From Octopus sinensis (Eukaryota), in contig NC_043006.1 of NCBI RefSeq assembly GCF_006345805.1, forward strand, positions 91,202,001 to 91,266,000: 64,000 bases of DNA, written 5' to 3'. The first letter of the stretch is position 1, and the number at the start of each line of letters is the position of its first letter. The notes under the pieces were generated by a model. It saw nothing but the letters and a program-made list of their open reading frames with translations, was not told the DNA's origin and searched no databases. Below are positions 39,052-53,566 of this stretch, piece after piece. The position numbers and the translations under genes are program-made.

Positions 39052-39559
39052 TATATATATATATATGCATATATATATATATAATATTATTATATTGCAT
39101 TATATATATATATATATATATATATGCATATATATATATATGCATATATATATATATATATATATATATGCATATATATATATATTATATATATATGCAT
39201 ATATATATATATATATATGCATATATATTATATGCATATATATATATATATATATATGCATATATATATATATATATATATATATGCATATATATATATA
39301 TGCATATATATATATGCATATATATATATATGCATATATAATATATATGCATATATATAATATATTGCATAATATATATATGCATATATATATATGCATA
39401 TATATATATATATGCATATATATATATATATATGCATATATATATATATGCATATATATATAATATGCATATATATATATAATGCATATATATATATGCA
39501 TATATATTATATATATATTGCATATAATATATACATACATATATGTACATACCTATATA

Positions 39560-40295
<736 letters not shown>

Positions 40296-41405
40296 TATAT
40301 ATATATATATATATATATATTACATATATATGTATATGTATACATATATGTATATATACATACAGAGAGAGAGAGAGGGGGAGAGAAAGAAAGAGAGGGA
40401 GAAAAAGAGAGAGAGAGAAAGAGAAGGTGAGGAAACGGATGGTGTTTATTAGCATTGCTACTCTCTCTGTTTCTCTATCTATGTGTGTGTGTTTATATAT
40501 ATATCTAGTGTAGACTTTAGACTGTGCTTCTTATTTGGATATATGATACATTGACACACACACACGCACCTTTACAAAAGCAGAATGGTCATGGCTGGAT
40601 CGTCTGCTCGATCAGATTTAAACTAAACAGAAGTTGTTCTATATCATACTCGTACAACTAAATTAGGAAAAAAAACCTGTTCGTTGCTGTCGTCATAGGA
40701 GTAAAGATCGACTCATACTTCACTGCATTGCATATTTAATTAATTTTATTAAATTAAAATTAATTAACCAATTAAATTTTCTTGGCTAATTAAATAAAGT
40801 CTGCTATAACGCCCACGTTACTAAAACACAATGCGACATGCATATTCATGTCATCTTCTTTACAAACACTCTCTTATTGTCTTTGCTTCACACAGTTGGA
40901 ATAACAAAACACAGTCACCACAGTTTTCGTTGACACGAACACCAGTCATCCACGTAAAATATTCATTTGACCTTCGTCTAACCTGAAAGCTGTCATGTAC
41001 TTGGACAATTTTAATCGTGTAACACACACACACACACACACCACACACACACACACACACCACACACACACACATACACTTGTCAAGCTGTCAACCCACT
41101 CCTCTATAATTTATTCTTTCTCAATCTCCTTCCCCGCTCGCTGTCGTTCTCTTCGCTCTCTCTCTCTCCCGTCTTCTTAAGCGAGCATTTAACAATGGGA
41201 TATATTTTAACATTTCCTGTCCTCTCACAGATCGCCAGTGAACCTAAGAACATTGCTTTGACACTGTTGTACTCGCTCACCCAACTCTCACCTGCAGATA
41301 CACATCTTTCCCGCTCAGAATTAATTATTTCAAACAGAAATATAAATGAAATAATACTTTCAAGAAAATTTTGCAGTTGTGTTATATACATACGTACGTA
41401 CGTTC

Positions 41406-41438
<33 letters not shown>

Positions 41439-41462
41439 GTTGAAACACTCCTGTCATAATCT

Positions 41463-41506
41463 GGGACCTTGAAGACTGCTATAACGCATGAAAGTATACT
41501 AGTCCC
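41463..41506 (+). ncRNA. Variant type I hammerhead ribozyme motif (CUUGAAGA core, palindromic stem III)
   Basis: gggac-CTTGAAGA-ctgc-tataac-gcat-GAAA-gtatac-TA-gtccc: 5-bp stem I, tgc/gca stem II, self-complementary AGTATACT, CUA triplet. Confidence 0.55.
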
Positions 41507-41944
41507 TTAATATCTTATATTCAATATTTCAATAAGACAACCAATACTTCATTTTTGTCGGCTGAACAGACAGAATCACTCGAGCATCGGAAAAGAGAAA
41601 AGAAAAGACTTGCGGGTTTTTGTTTCGGCTGTTTACGTTCTGAGTTCAAATCCCATGTAGGTCGCTTTTACCTGTCACCATTCCAGCGTCGCTGAAATTC
41701 TTGTCTTTCTTTTATTCAGTTTGCGACCATCGTGCTCTATCATAATTATCATCATCATCACTATTGCCTTGCCCTTGACGTGCAGCATGCTAGTGAGTGA
41801 CCCTGGCGATGACTATCATCCTTCGTCCTATATTCAGTGAAATCACAGCAAAATTGTGGACATGCCTGTGGTTCGAGCCCTTGTTCGGCCTTCCTGCTCG
41901 CTGCTACTATCATCCATGTTGTTTCCCTCTGGATACATAAACTA

Positions 41945-44900
41945 TTTCGCTCTTCATTTCTTCCAGTGTTTTCGTACTTAATTTACTCCAGTGTTTTTCG
42001 TACTTCATTTACTCCAGTCTTTTTCGTACTTCATTTCTTCCAGTGTTTTTCGTAATTCATTTACTCCAGTCTTTTTCGTACTTCATTTCTTCCAGTATTC
42101 TTCGTTGTTCATTTACTCCAGTGTTTTTCGTACTTCATTTCGCACTTCATTTCTTCCAGTCTTTTTCGTACTTCATTTCTTCCACTGTTTTTCGTACTTC
42201 ATTTCGCCCTTCATTTCTTCCAGTGTTTTTCGTACTTCATTTACTCCAGTGTTTTTCGTACTTCATTTCTTCCAGTGTTTTTCGTACTTCATTTACTCCA
42301 GTCTTTTTCGTACTTCATTTCTTCCAGTGTTTTTCGTACTTCATTTACTCCAGTCTTTTTCGTACTTCATTTCTTCCAGTGTTTTTCGTACTTCTTTTAC
42401 TCCAGTCTTTTTCGTACTTCATTTCTTCCAGTGTTTTCGTACTTCATTTACTCCAGTCTTTTTCGTACTTCATGTACTCCAGTGTTTTTCGTACTTCATT
42501 TCTTCCAGTGGTTTCGTACTTCATTTACTCCAGTGTTTTTCGTACTTCATTTCTTCCAGTATTTTTCGCACTTCATTTACTCCAGTCTTTTTCGTACTTC
42601 ATTTCCCCCAGTGTTTATCGTACTTCATTTCTTCCAGTGTTTTTCGTACTTCATTTCGCCCTTCATTTCTCCCAGTGTTTTTCGTAATTCATTTACTCCA
42701 GTCTTTTTCGTACTTCATTTCTTCCAGTGTTTTTCGTACTTCGTTTCGCCCTTCATTTCTCCCAGTGTTTTTTGTACTTCATTTACTCCAGTCTTTTTCG
42801 TACTTCATTTCTTCCAGTGTTTTTCGTACTTCATTTCTTCCAGTGTTTTTCGTACTTCATTTCTTCCAGTGTTTTTCGTACTTCATTTCTTCCAGTGTTA
42901 TCGTACTTCATTTCGCACTTCATTTCTTCAAGTGTTTTTCGTACTTCATTTCGCCCTTCATTTCTTCCAGTGTTTTTCGTACATCATTTCGCCCTTCATT
43001 TCTTCCAGTGTTTTTCGTACTTCATTTCGCCCTTCATTTCTCCCAGTGTTTTTCGTACTTCATTTCGCACTTCATTTCTTCCAGTGTTTTTCGTACTTCA
43101 TTTCGCCCTTCATTTCTTCAAGTGTTTTTCGTACTTCATTTCGCCCTTCATTTCTTCCAGTGTTTTTCGTACTTCATTTCGCACTTCATTTCTTCCAGTG
43201 TTTTTCGTACTTCATTTCGCACTTCATTTCTTCCAGCCTTTTCCGTACTTCATTTCGCACTTCATTTCTTCCAGTGTTTTTGGTACTTCATTTCTTCCAG
43301 TGTTTTCGTACTTCATTTCGCACTTCATTTCTTCAAGTGTTTTTCGTACTTCATTTCGCCCTTCATTTCTTCCAGCGTTTTTCGTACTTCATTTCGCACT
43401 TCATTTCTTCTAGTGTTTTTCGTACTTCATTTCGCCCTTCATTTCTTCCAGTGTTTTTCGTATTTCATTTCGCCCTTCATTTCTTCAGTGTTTTTCGTAT
43501 TTCATTTCGCCCTTCATTCTTCCAGTGTTTTTCGTACTTCATTTCGCACTTCATTTCTTCAGTGTTTTTCGTACTTCATTTCGCCTTCATTTCTTCCAGT
43601 GTTTTTCGTACTTCATTTCGCCCTTCATTCTTCCAGTGTTTTTCGTATTTCATTTCGCCCTTCATTTCTTGCAGTGTTTTTCGTACTTCATTTCTTCCAG
43701 TGTTTTTCGTACTTCATTTCTTTTCTTCCAGTGTTTTTCGTACTTCATTTCGCACTTCATTTCTTCAAGTGTTTTTCGTACTTCATTTCGCACTTCATTT
43801 CTTCCAGTGTTTTTCGTACTTCATTTCGCACTTCATTTCTTCCAGTGTTTTTCGCACTTCATTTCTTCCAGTGTTTTCGTACTTCATTTCGCACTTCATT
43901 TCGTTCAGTGTTTTTCGTACTTCATTTCTTCCAGTGCTTTTCGTACTTCATTTCGCACTTCATTTCTTCCAGTGTTTTTCGTACTTCATTTCGCCCTTCA
44001 TTTCTCCAAGTGTTTTTCGTACTTCATTTCTTCCAGTGTTTTCGTACTTCATTTCGCCCTTCATTTCTTCCGATGTTTTTCGTACTTCATTTCGCACTTC
44101 ATTTCTTCCAGTGTTTTTCGTACTCCATTTCTTCCTGTGTTTTTGTACTTCATTTCTTCCAGTGTTTTTCGAACTTCATTTCGCACTTCATTTCTTCCAG
44201 TGTTTTTCGTACTTCATTTCGCCCTTCATTTCTGCAAGTGTTTTTCGTACTTCATGTCACCCTTCATTTCTTCCAGTGTTTTTCGTACTTCATTTCGCAT
44301 TTCATTTCTTCCAGTCTTTTCCGTACTTCATTTCGCACTTCATTTCTTCCAGTGTTTTTGGTACTTCATTTCGCAATTCATTTCTTCCAGTGTTTTTGGT
44401 ATTTCATTTCGCACTTCATTTCTTCCAGTGTTTTTCGTACTTCATTTCGCACCTTATTTCTTCCAGTAGTTTTCGGACTTCATTTCTTACAGTGCTTTTC
44501 GTACTTCATTTCTTCCAGTCTTTTTCGTACTTCATTTCTTCCAGTGTTTTTCGTACTTCATTTCGCCCTTCATTTCTTGCAGTGTTTTTCGTACTTTATT
44601 TCGCACTTCATTTCTTCCAGTGTTTTTCGTACTTCATTTCGCCCTTCATTTCTTGCAGTGTTTTTCGTACTTCATTTCGCACTTAATTTCTTCCAGTCTT
44701 TTTCGTACTTCATTTCGCCCTTCATTTCTTCTAGTTTTTTTTTGTACTTCATTTCGCCCCTTATTTCTTCCAGTCTTTTTCGTACTTCATTTCTTCCAGT
44801 GTTTTTCGTAATTCATTTCGCCCTTCATTTCTAGCAGTGTTTTTTACGTACTTCATTTCGCACTTCATTTCTTCCAGTCTTTTTCGTACTTCATTTCTTC

Positions 44901-47900
44901 AAGTGTTTTTCGTACTTCATTTCGCCCTTCATTTCTTCCAGTGTTTTTCGTACTTCATTTCGCACTTCATTTCTTCCAGTGTTTTTCGTACTTCATTTCT
45001 TCCAGTGTTTTTCGTACTTCATTTCGCACTTCATTTCTTCCAGTGTTTTTCGTACTTCATTTCGCACTCCATTTCTTCCAGTGTTTTTCGTACTTCACTT
45101 CGCACTTCATTTCTTCTAGTGTTTTTCGCACTTCATTTCTTCCAGTGTTTTTCGTACTTCATTTCGCACTTCATTTCGTTCAGTGTTTTTCGTACTTCAT
45201 TTCTTCCAGTGCTTTTCGTACTTCATTTCGCACTTCATTTCTTCCAGTGTTTTCGTACTTCATTTCGCCTTCATTTCTCCAAGTGTTTTTCGTACTTCAT
45301 TTCTTCCAGTGTTTTTCGTACTTCATTTCGCCCTTCATTTCTTCCAGTGTTTTCGTACTTCATTTCGCACTTCATTTCTTCCAGTGTTTTTCGTACTCCA
45401 TTTCTTCCTGTGTTTTTGTACTTCATTTCTTCCAGTGTTTTTCTTACTTAATTTCGCACTTCATTTCTTTTTCCAGTGTTTTCGTACTTCATTTCGCCCT
45501 TCATTTCTGCAAGTGTTCTTCGTACTTCATGTCACCCTTCATTTCTTCCAGTGTTTTTCGTACTTCATTTCGCATTTCATTTCTTCCAGTCTTTTCCGTA
45601 CTTCATTTCTTCCAGTGTTTTTGGTACTTCATTTTGCAATTCATTTCTTCCAGTGTTTTTGGTATTTCATTTCGCACTTCATTTCTTCCAGTGTTTTTCG
45701 TACTTCATTTCGCACCTTATTTCTTCCAGTAGTTTTCGGACTTCATTTCTTACAGTGCTTTTCGTACTTCATTTCTTCCAGTCTTTTTCGTACTTCATTT
45801 CTTCCAGTGTTTTTCGTACTTCATTTCGCCCTTCATTTCTTGCAGTGTTTTTCGTACTTTATTTCGCACTTCATTTCTTCCAGTGTTTTTCGTACTTCAT
45901 TTCGCCCTTCATTTCCTGCAGTGTTTTTCGTACTTCATTTCGCCCTTCATTTCTAGCAGTGTTTTTACGTACTTCATTTCGCACTTCATTTCTTCCAGTC
46001 TTTTTCGTACTTCATTTCTTCCAGTGTTTTTCGTACTTCTTTTCGCCCTTCATTTCTTGCAGTGTTTTTCGTACTTCATTTCTTCCAGTGTTTTTCGTAC
46101 TTCATTTCTACCAGTGTTTTTCGTACTTCATTTCACCTTTCATTTCTTCCAGTGTTTTTCGCACTTCATTTTGCACTTCATTTCTTCCAGTCTTTTTCGT
46201 ACTTCATTTCTTCCAGTGTTTTTCGTACTTCATTTCTTCCAGTGTTTTTCGTACTTCATTTCTTCCAGTGTTTTCGTACTTCATTTCACCTTTCATTTCT
46301 TCCAGTGTTTTTCGTACTTCATTTCGCACTTCATTTCTTCCAGTGTTTTTCGTACTTCATTTCGCCTTTCATTTACTCCAGTGGTTTTCGTACTTCATTT
46401 TGCACTTCATTTTTTCCAGTGTTTTTCGTACTTCATTTCGCACTTCATTTCTTCCAGTCTTTTCGTACTTCATTTCTTCCAGTGTTTTTCGTACTTCATT
46501 TCGCCCTTCATTTCTTGCAGTGTTTTTTACGTACTTCATTTCGCACTTCATTTCTTCCAGTCTTTTTCGTACTTCATTTCTTCAAGTGTTTTTCGTACTT
46601 CATTTCGCCCTTCATTTCCTCCAGTGTTTTTCGTACTTCATTTCGCACTTCATTTCTTCCAGTGTTTTTCGTACTTCATTTCTTCCAGTGTTTTTCGTAC
46701 TTCATTTGGCACTTCATTTCTTCCAGTGTTTTTCGTACTTCATTTGGCACTTCATTTCTTCCAGTGTTTTTAGTACTTCATTTCGCACTCCATTTCTTCC
46801 AGTGTTTTTCGTACTTCATTTCGCACTTCATTTCTTCCAGTGTTTTTCGCACTTCATTTCTTCCAGTGTTTTTCGTACTTCATTTCGCACTTCATTTCGT
46901 TCAGTGTTTTTCGTACTTCATTTCTTCCAGTGCTTTTCGTACTTCATTTCGCACTTCATTTCTTCCAGTGTTTTTCGTACTTCATTTCGCCCTTCATTTC
47001 TCCAAGTGTTTTTCGTACTTCATTTCTTCCAGTGTTTTTCGTACTTCATTTCGCCCTTCATTTCTTCCAGTGTTTTTCGTACTTCATTTCGCACTTCATT
47101 TCTTCCAGTGTTTTTCGTACTCCATTTCTTCCTGTGTTTTTGTACTTCATTTCTTCCAGTGTTTTTCTTACTTCATTTCGCACTTCATTTCTTCCAGTGT
47201 TTTTCGTACTTCATTTCGCACCATATTTCTTCCAGTAGTTTTCGGTCTTCATTTCTTACAGTGCTTTTCGTACTTCATTTCTTCCAGTCTTTTTCGTACT
47301 TCATTTCTTCCAGTGTTTTCGTACTTCATTTCGCCCTTCATTTCTTGCAGTGTTTTTTTCGTACTTTATTTCGCACTTCATTTCTTCCAGTGTTTTTCGT
47401 ACTTCATTTCGCCCTTCATTTCTTGCAGTGTTTTTCGTACTTCATTTCGCACTTAATTTCTTCCAGTCTTTTTCGTACTTCATTTCGCCCTTCATTTCTT
47501 CTAGTTTTTTTTCGTACTTCATTTCGCCCCTTATTTCTTCCAGTCTTTTTCGTACTTCATTTCTTCCAGTGTTTTTCGTACTTCATTTCGCCCTTCATTT
47601 CTAGCAGTGTTTTTTACGTACTTCATTTCGCACTTCATTTCTTCCAGTCTTTTTCGTACTTCATTTCTTCCAGTGTTTTTCGTACTTCTTTTCGCCCTTC
47701 ATTTCTTGCAGTGTTTTTCGTACTTCATTTCTTCCAGTGTTTTTCGCACTTCATTTTGCACTTCATTTCTTCCAGTCTTTTTCGTACTTCATTTCTTCCA
47801 GTGTTTTTCGTACTTCATTTCTTCCAGTGTTTTTAGTTTTTTTTTTCTTTTTTTTTCGTACTTCATTTCTTCCAGTGTTTTCGTACTTCATTTCACCTTT

Positions 47901-49885
47901 CATTTCTTCCAGTGTTTTTCGTACTTCATTTCGCACTTCATTTCTTCCAGTGTTTTTTCGTACTTCATTTCGCCTTTCATTTACTCCAGTGGTTTTCGTA
48001 CTTCATTTTGCACTTCATTTTTTCCAGTGTTTTTCGTACTTCATTTCGCACTTCATTTCTTCCAGTCTTTTCGTACTTCATTTCTTCCAGTGTTTTTCGT
48101 ACTTCATTTCGCCCTTCATGTCTTGCAGTGTTTTTTACGTACTTCATTTCGCACTTCATTTCTTCCAGTCTTTTTCGTACTTCATTTCTTCCAGTGTTTT
48201 TCGTACTTCTTTTCGCCCTTCATTTCTTGCAGTGTTCTTCGTACTTCATTTCTTCCAGTGTTTTTCGTACTTCATTTCTTCCAGTGTTTTCGTACTTCAT
48301 TTCACCTTTCATTTCTTCCAGTGTTTTTCGTACTTCATTTTGCACTTCATTTCTTCCAGTCTTTTTCGTACTTCATTTCTTCCATTGTTTTTCGTACTTC
48401 ATTTCTTCCAGTGTTTTCGTACTTCATTTCACCTTTCATTTCTTCCAGTGTTTTCGTACTTCATTTCGCACTTCATTTCTTCCAGTGTTTTTCGTACTTC
48501 ATTTCGCCTTTCATTTACTCCAGTGTTTTTCGTACTTCATTTTGCACTTCATTTCTTCTAGTGTTTTTCGTACTTCATTTCGCACTTCATTTCTTCCAGT
48601 CTTTTTCGTACTTCATTTCTTCCAGTGTTTTTCGTACTTCATTTCACCTTTCATTTCTTCCTATGTTTTTCGTACTTCATTTCGCACTTCATTTCTTCCA
48701 GTCTTTTTCGTACTTCATTTCTTCTAGTGTTTTTGGTACTTCATTTCGTACTTCATTTCTTCCAGTCTTTTTCGTACTTCATTTCGCCCTTCATTTATTG
48801 CAGTGTTTTTTACGTACTTCATTTCGCACTTCATTTCTTCCAGTCTTTTTCGTACTTCATTTCTTCCAGTGTTTTTCGTAGTTCTTTTCGCCCTTCATTT
48901 CTTGCAGTGTTCTTCGTACTTCATTTCGCACTTCATTTCTTCAAGTCTTTTTCGTACTTCATTTCTTCCAGTGTTTTTCGTACTTCATTTCACCTTTCAT
49001 TTCTTCCAGTGTTTTTCGTACTTCATTTTGCACTTCATTTCTTCCAGTCTTTTTCGTACTTCATTTCTTCCAGTGTTTTTCGTACTTCATTTCTTCCAGT
49101 GTTTTCGTACTTAATTTCACCTTTCATTTCTTCCAGTGTTTTTCGTACTTCATTTCGCACTTCATTTCTTCCAGTGTTTTTCGTACTTCATTTCTTCCAG
49201 TGTTTTTCGTACTTCATTTCGCACTTCATTTCTTCCAGTTTTTTTCGTACTTCATTTCGCACTTCATTTCTTCCAGTCTTTTTCGTACTTCATTTCTTCC
49301 AGTGTTTTTCGTACTTCATTTCACCTTTCATTTCTTCCAGTGTTTTTCGTACTTCATTTTGCACTTCATTTCTTTCAGTCTTTTTCGTACTTCATTTCTT
49401 CCAGTGTTTTTGGTACTTCATTTCGTACTTCATTTCTTCCAGTGTTTTTCGTACTTCATTTCACCTTTCATTTCTTCCAGTGTTTTTCGTACTTCATTTC
49501 GCACTTCATTTCTTCCAGTCTTTTTCGTACTTCATTTCTTCCAGTGTTTTCGTACTTCATTTCACCTTTCATTTCTTCCAGTGTTTTTCGTACTTCATTT
49601 CGCACTTCATTTCTTCCAGTCTTTTTCGTACTTCATTTCTTCCAGTGTTTTTCGTACTTCATTTCACCTTTCATTTCTTCCAGTGTTTTTCGTACTTCAT
49701 TTTGCACTTCATTTCTTCCAGTCTTTTTCGTACTTCATTTCTCCAGTGTTTTGGTACTTCATTTCGTACTTCATTTCTTCCAGTGTTTTTCGTACTTCAT
49801 TTCACCTTTCATTTCTTCCAGTGTTTTTCGTACTTCATTTCGCCCCTTATTTCTTCCAGTCTTTTTCGTACTTCATTTCTTTTTT
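41945..49885. repeat. ~8 kb satellite array of a 26-bp unit (cttcatttcttccagtgtttttcgta) with optional 12-bp modules (cttcatttcgca/cttcatttcgcc)
   Basis: Continuous tandem array read directly; diagnostic variants recur at kb spacing. Confidence 0.97.
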
Positions 49886-50085
49886 TCTTCCAATGAATCT
49901 AATGCTCTTAGCATAATTTTTCGTTGGGGCTGGCCAGATTGGAGCAATCTCGAGTATGACCAGCCCACATTGCAAAGATAATCTGGAACTCGACCGAGGA
50001 AAGAAAACTCCGAATGACCCGTCCTTTTTTCTTTGTATCGTCTATCTGGATGTTTTACGTTCTTGTCTCATTTTGTATTTTATAT
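49885..50085 (+). mobile_element. PLE-type terminal repeat at the satellite boundary
   Basis: ttcttccaatgaatctaatgctcttagc...ggggctggccagattggagcaatc...tgcaaagataatctggaactcg matches the reverse complement of 4920-5155. Confidence 0.6.
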
Positions 50086-51153
50086 ATACTGAATGGTCAT
50101 GGTCGGAATACCTTTGATCATCGGCCATGAGGGTCTATCTGTATTAAACATGTCCAAGTAAAGAAAACCCTGGTACGATTGTTTCAGGGAAACACTAGAT
50201 TGTTTCATCTTTAATCTTTAATCTTTTATCTTTAACTTGCTTCAGTCATTGGACCGCGGTCATGCTGGGGCACAGCCTTGAAAGATTTAGTCGAAAGATC
50301 AAACTCCAATTCTTGCTAGTAAATATAGTGCAAATATAGTGCGTATTCTATCGACTTCTTTTGCCAAATCGCTAAGTTACGGAGGCATAAACAAACGAAC
50401 ATCGGTTGGCAAACGGTGGAGAACAAACACAAAGACAAACACACACACAAAAACACACAGTTAAATACAAACACACATACACATGTTTGTGTGTGTGAGT
50501 ATACGACGGGCTTCCACACAGTTTCCGCTTACCAAATTCACTGTTAAGGCATTGGTCGACCTGGGGTTATGATAGAAAACACTGCGCTAAAGTGCTGTGA
50601 AATAGAACTGAAACCGAAACCAGGTTTCTTAACCATTTTGCCATAACTGCGCCTACGTAAGGGAAAAGAACTTCTGTAAAAATACCCCGAAACTGTGCGG
50701 CTTCTACGGAAACGGTGTAAGCATAGATGTAAAGCTGAGCTGAATGAAAAATCTGTAGAGGAGATTGTAGATGAGGCATGTACAAGAGACTTAATCGCAT
50801 GTTTTGGCAATAGCTCGGTTCTAGCACTTCAAGGGCTTAAAATGCTCCATTAAAGCTGGCAGTATTAGCGAAGGTTATTATAAAGGCAATTATTTGCAAC
50901 AATAAATCTTTGCTGCTGGCAGAATTGTTCTGGTATTAAGCATTACAACTGAATATGGCAAAAGTTCAATTACTGGAATTTTCTTGAACCAGAGAATAAT
51001 TTCATGCGAACTTTTATTCTTCGAATCTTGCAAGTTGTTTCCAAACTGAACTATTCGACTGTTTCCAATATAATGAGCAGGATGTAATGTATATACGGGA
51101 AATATTAATGGAACTGATATAGAAGATACGGTGTATAATTTCAGTTTGTCAGT

Positions 51154-51195
<42 letters not shown>

Positions 51196-51553
51196 GAGAG
51201 GGAAAGAAAGAAAGAGAGAGAACGAGCCTATTGCCGTTAATTTATAAAAATAACAGACCTCGAGGTTTTTATAAAACTGTTCTTTCGTTCCAACTTAAGA
51301 AACGTTGATTGAATATTAAATTAATCTGTTTCTGAATTGTTAATCTTTCCAGAAATACCGAGCTGCCATCTTACCTGTATTTGAAGTAGAGGCGGGGCGG
51401 GGCGGGGCGGGGACACAGTGAAATATGCGTTGCTGTTATTGTTTATTCCCCGATTAGCACAGCTTCGACAAGCATGTGATCAAAAATGTTCCAGCTGTGA
51501 CCATTCTCTCTCTCTCTCTCTCTCCTCTCTCTCTCCATCTATTTATTTATCTA

Positions 51554-51597
<44 letters not shown>

Positions 51598-53535
51598 TCT
51601 ATCTATCTATCTAGAATCCTGTTGTACAGAGTATTCTTCCTTATTTAATACGATAAAGTGTATATTGAGGAGTATTTTTTAAAGATGAATTTGTTTCGGA
51701 ATTGTTACTACTTCCAAAAGTTTGGTGATGCCATGATGACTGCAACTGGATTGAGGAACAAGGGAACAAGTGTTGCTATTGCTTATTTCTATGTCTTCCC
51801 TGGCATGTGGTTGTTATTTTTAGCAAGTCAAGTGACCTCATGGACGTTCTGTCCCTTCTGCTAATCCACTGTTTTAAATAATTGTTTCAAATTTAAGCAG
51901 CAACAACGCCAGCGGTTTTGAGGCGAGGAGATCAATCGATTCTATGGAACCAGTAAATGATTAGTACTTTATTCTATCGACCCCGAAACTTGACCTTTGC
52001 GAGATTTGAACTCAGAACGTAAAATACCAGAAGAATTGTTGCAGAGAATTTTGTGGAACGTTCCAATGAGTTTCACAAACCACCAGCTTGGCAGTATTTT
52101 GTCCAACGTTCAAAAGATTCTAAGAAATCGCCGACCTCGAATTAATTCTACTCTAGACACAAAGCTCGAAATTGCGGGTGGGGGTGGGGGTAAATCGGTT
52201 ACATCGATGCCAGTGTTTCGTTGGTACTCTATTTCAGCGACCATGAAAGGGATGAAAGACAAAGTCGACCTCGGCAGAATTTGAACTTAGAACATGAAGA
52301 CAAAAGAAACGCTGCTAAGCATTTTTGTCCGGTGTCCTAACGATTCTGCCATGGCGCCGCCTTTTGGTTTCAAATTTTGGCACAATTTTATACTGACCCT
52401 GGTTCTCGATATAAAAAGCTGGAATTTTAATTCAGAATGCAAAAACCGAAGAACTGCCATCAAGCATTTTGTCCGGCATGGTAACCATTCTGCCGCCTTG
52501 CATTAGTTAAGGCTATTTTTTGCATTCTACAGGAAAAATTGCCGTTCTTGTCAATCAGTGAAACCACATTTCCCTTCTGGCTACAAACGGGTTAATCCAT
52601 AATCCGAGGCAAGGGTCTCTTACAAGATGCTGTCAGCCAGAGACAACGGAGCCCAGAACACGCGACCAACAGATGCGTTACTTCCTAAAACACTCAAACT
52701 TCTACCTGCCTAATCAGAACACCTAGCGAAATATCGATTAGTAAAGTGCAATATAATTAACTACCTGGCACAAAAAAAAAAAAAATATAGCCATTAATTC
52801 ATTATCTGAGATTTTCATATGTTTAACGGGGGGGAAAGCAATATGTATATATTTTTTCATACTATTTTTCTGAATAGCTAAACTTTGGTCAAAGTTCATC
52901 AATCTAAAATGAATTTAAGGCTAAGACTAAATATAATAAAACATATAACAATGGTTATGAATCATGAGGATTCTAATTTAAAATAGAAGAAATTAAAGAA
53001 AGACAAATACAACGGGAGTGGAACAGTTAAGAAAATAACATGGCAAGGCATTAATTGAGGAAATTAATGCAAAAATTAAAATCAGCAATCTTAATTAACA
53101 TTTCATTAAAATGTAATATATAAATATATACATACATACACGTTATATATGTGTGTGTGACAGAGAGAGAGAGAGAGTGTGTATGTGTTTACCAGAAAAA
53201 AAAATTAGGCAGAAAGAAAGAAAGCAAGATTAATTATCTTTTATTTTATTTTATTTTGTCTGGAATGCAAATATTTTAAAATGAGATGCTGAGATAGATG
53301 TCCCTGGCTCAGTTGAATTTAATAGAAGCGAGAAAAGAAATAGAAATAAAAATGTATTGAAATCATTTAGAAACTGGTTGTTGAATTCTGCATCCAACAC
53401 CATAACACCGAAAACCTTTAGCTTCATCTTTAAAAAATAATAATAATTAAAATCATTAGGACAATACGAAGAGAAGTTTGAAAAGCTGATAACTCGTTAT
53501 TTCTTGCTGAAGATTTTGAATAAAGTTTGGCTGCT

Positions 53536-53566
<31 letters not shown>

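Noticed and set aside
41945-49885. CRISPR-like or hammerhead-satellite interpretation of the array
   Set aside because: There are no unique spacers, the context is eukaryotic, the minus-strand CTGGAAGA is not a CUGANGA core, and no CENP-B box match was seen.
41991-49981. Very long Phe/Ser-rich plus-strand ORFs (up to 947 aa)
   Set aside because: The satellite unit has no stop codon in any plus frame; overlapping ORFs in all three frames show this is an artefact.
50645-50830. Plus-frame PETVRLLRKRCKHRCKAELNEKSVEEIVDEAC segment as a host exon
   Set aside because: No recognisable domain or splice evidence, and it lies directly beside a SINE.
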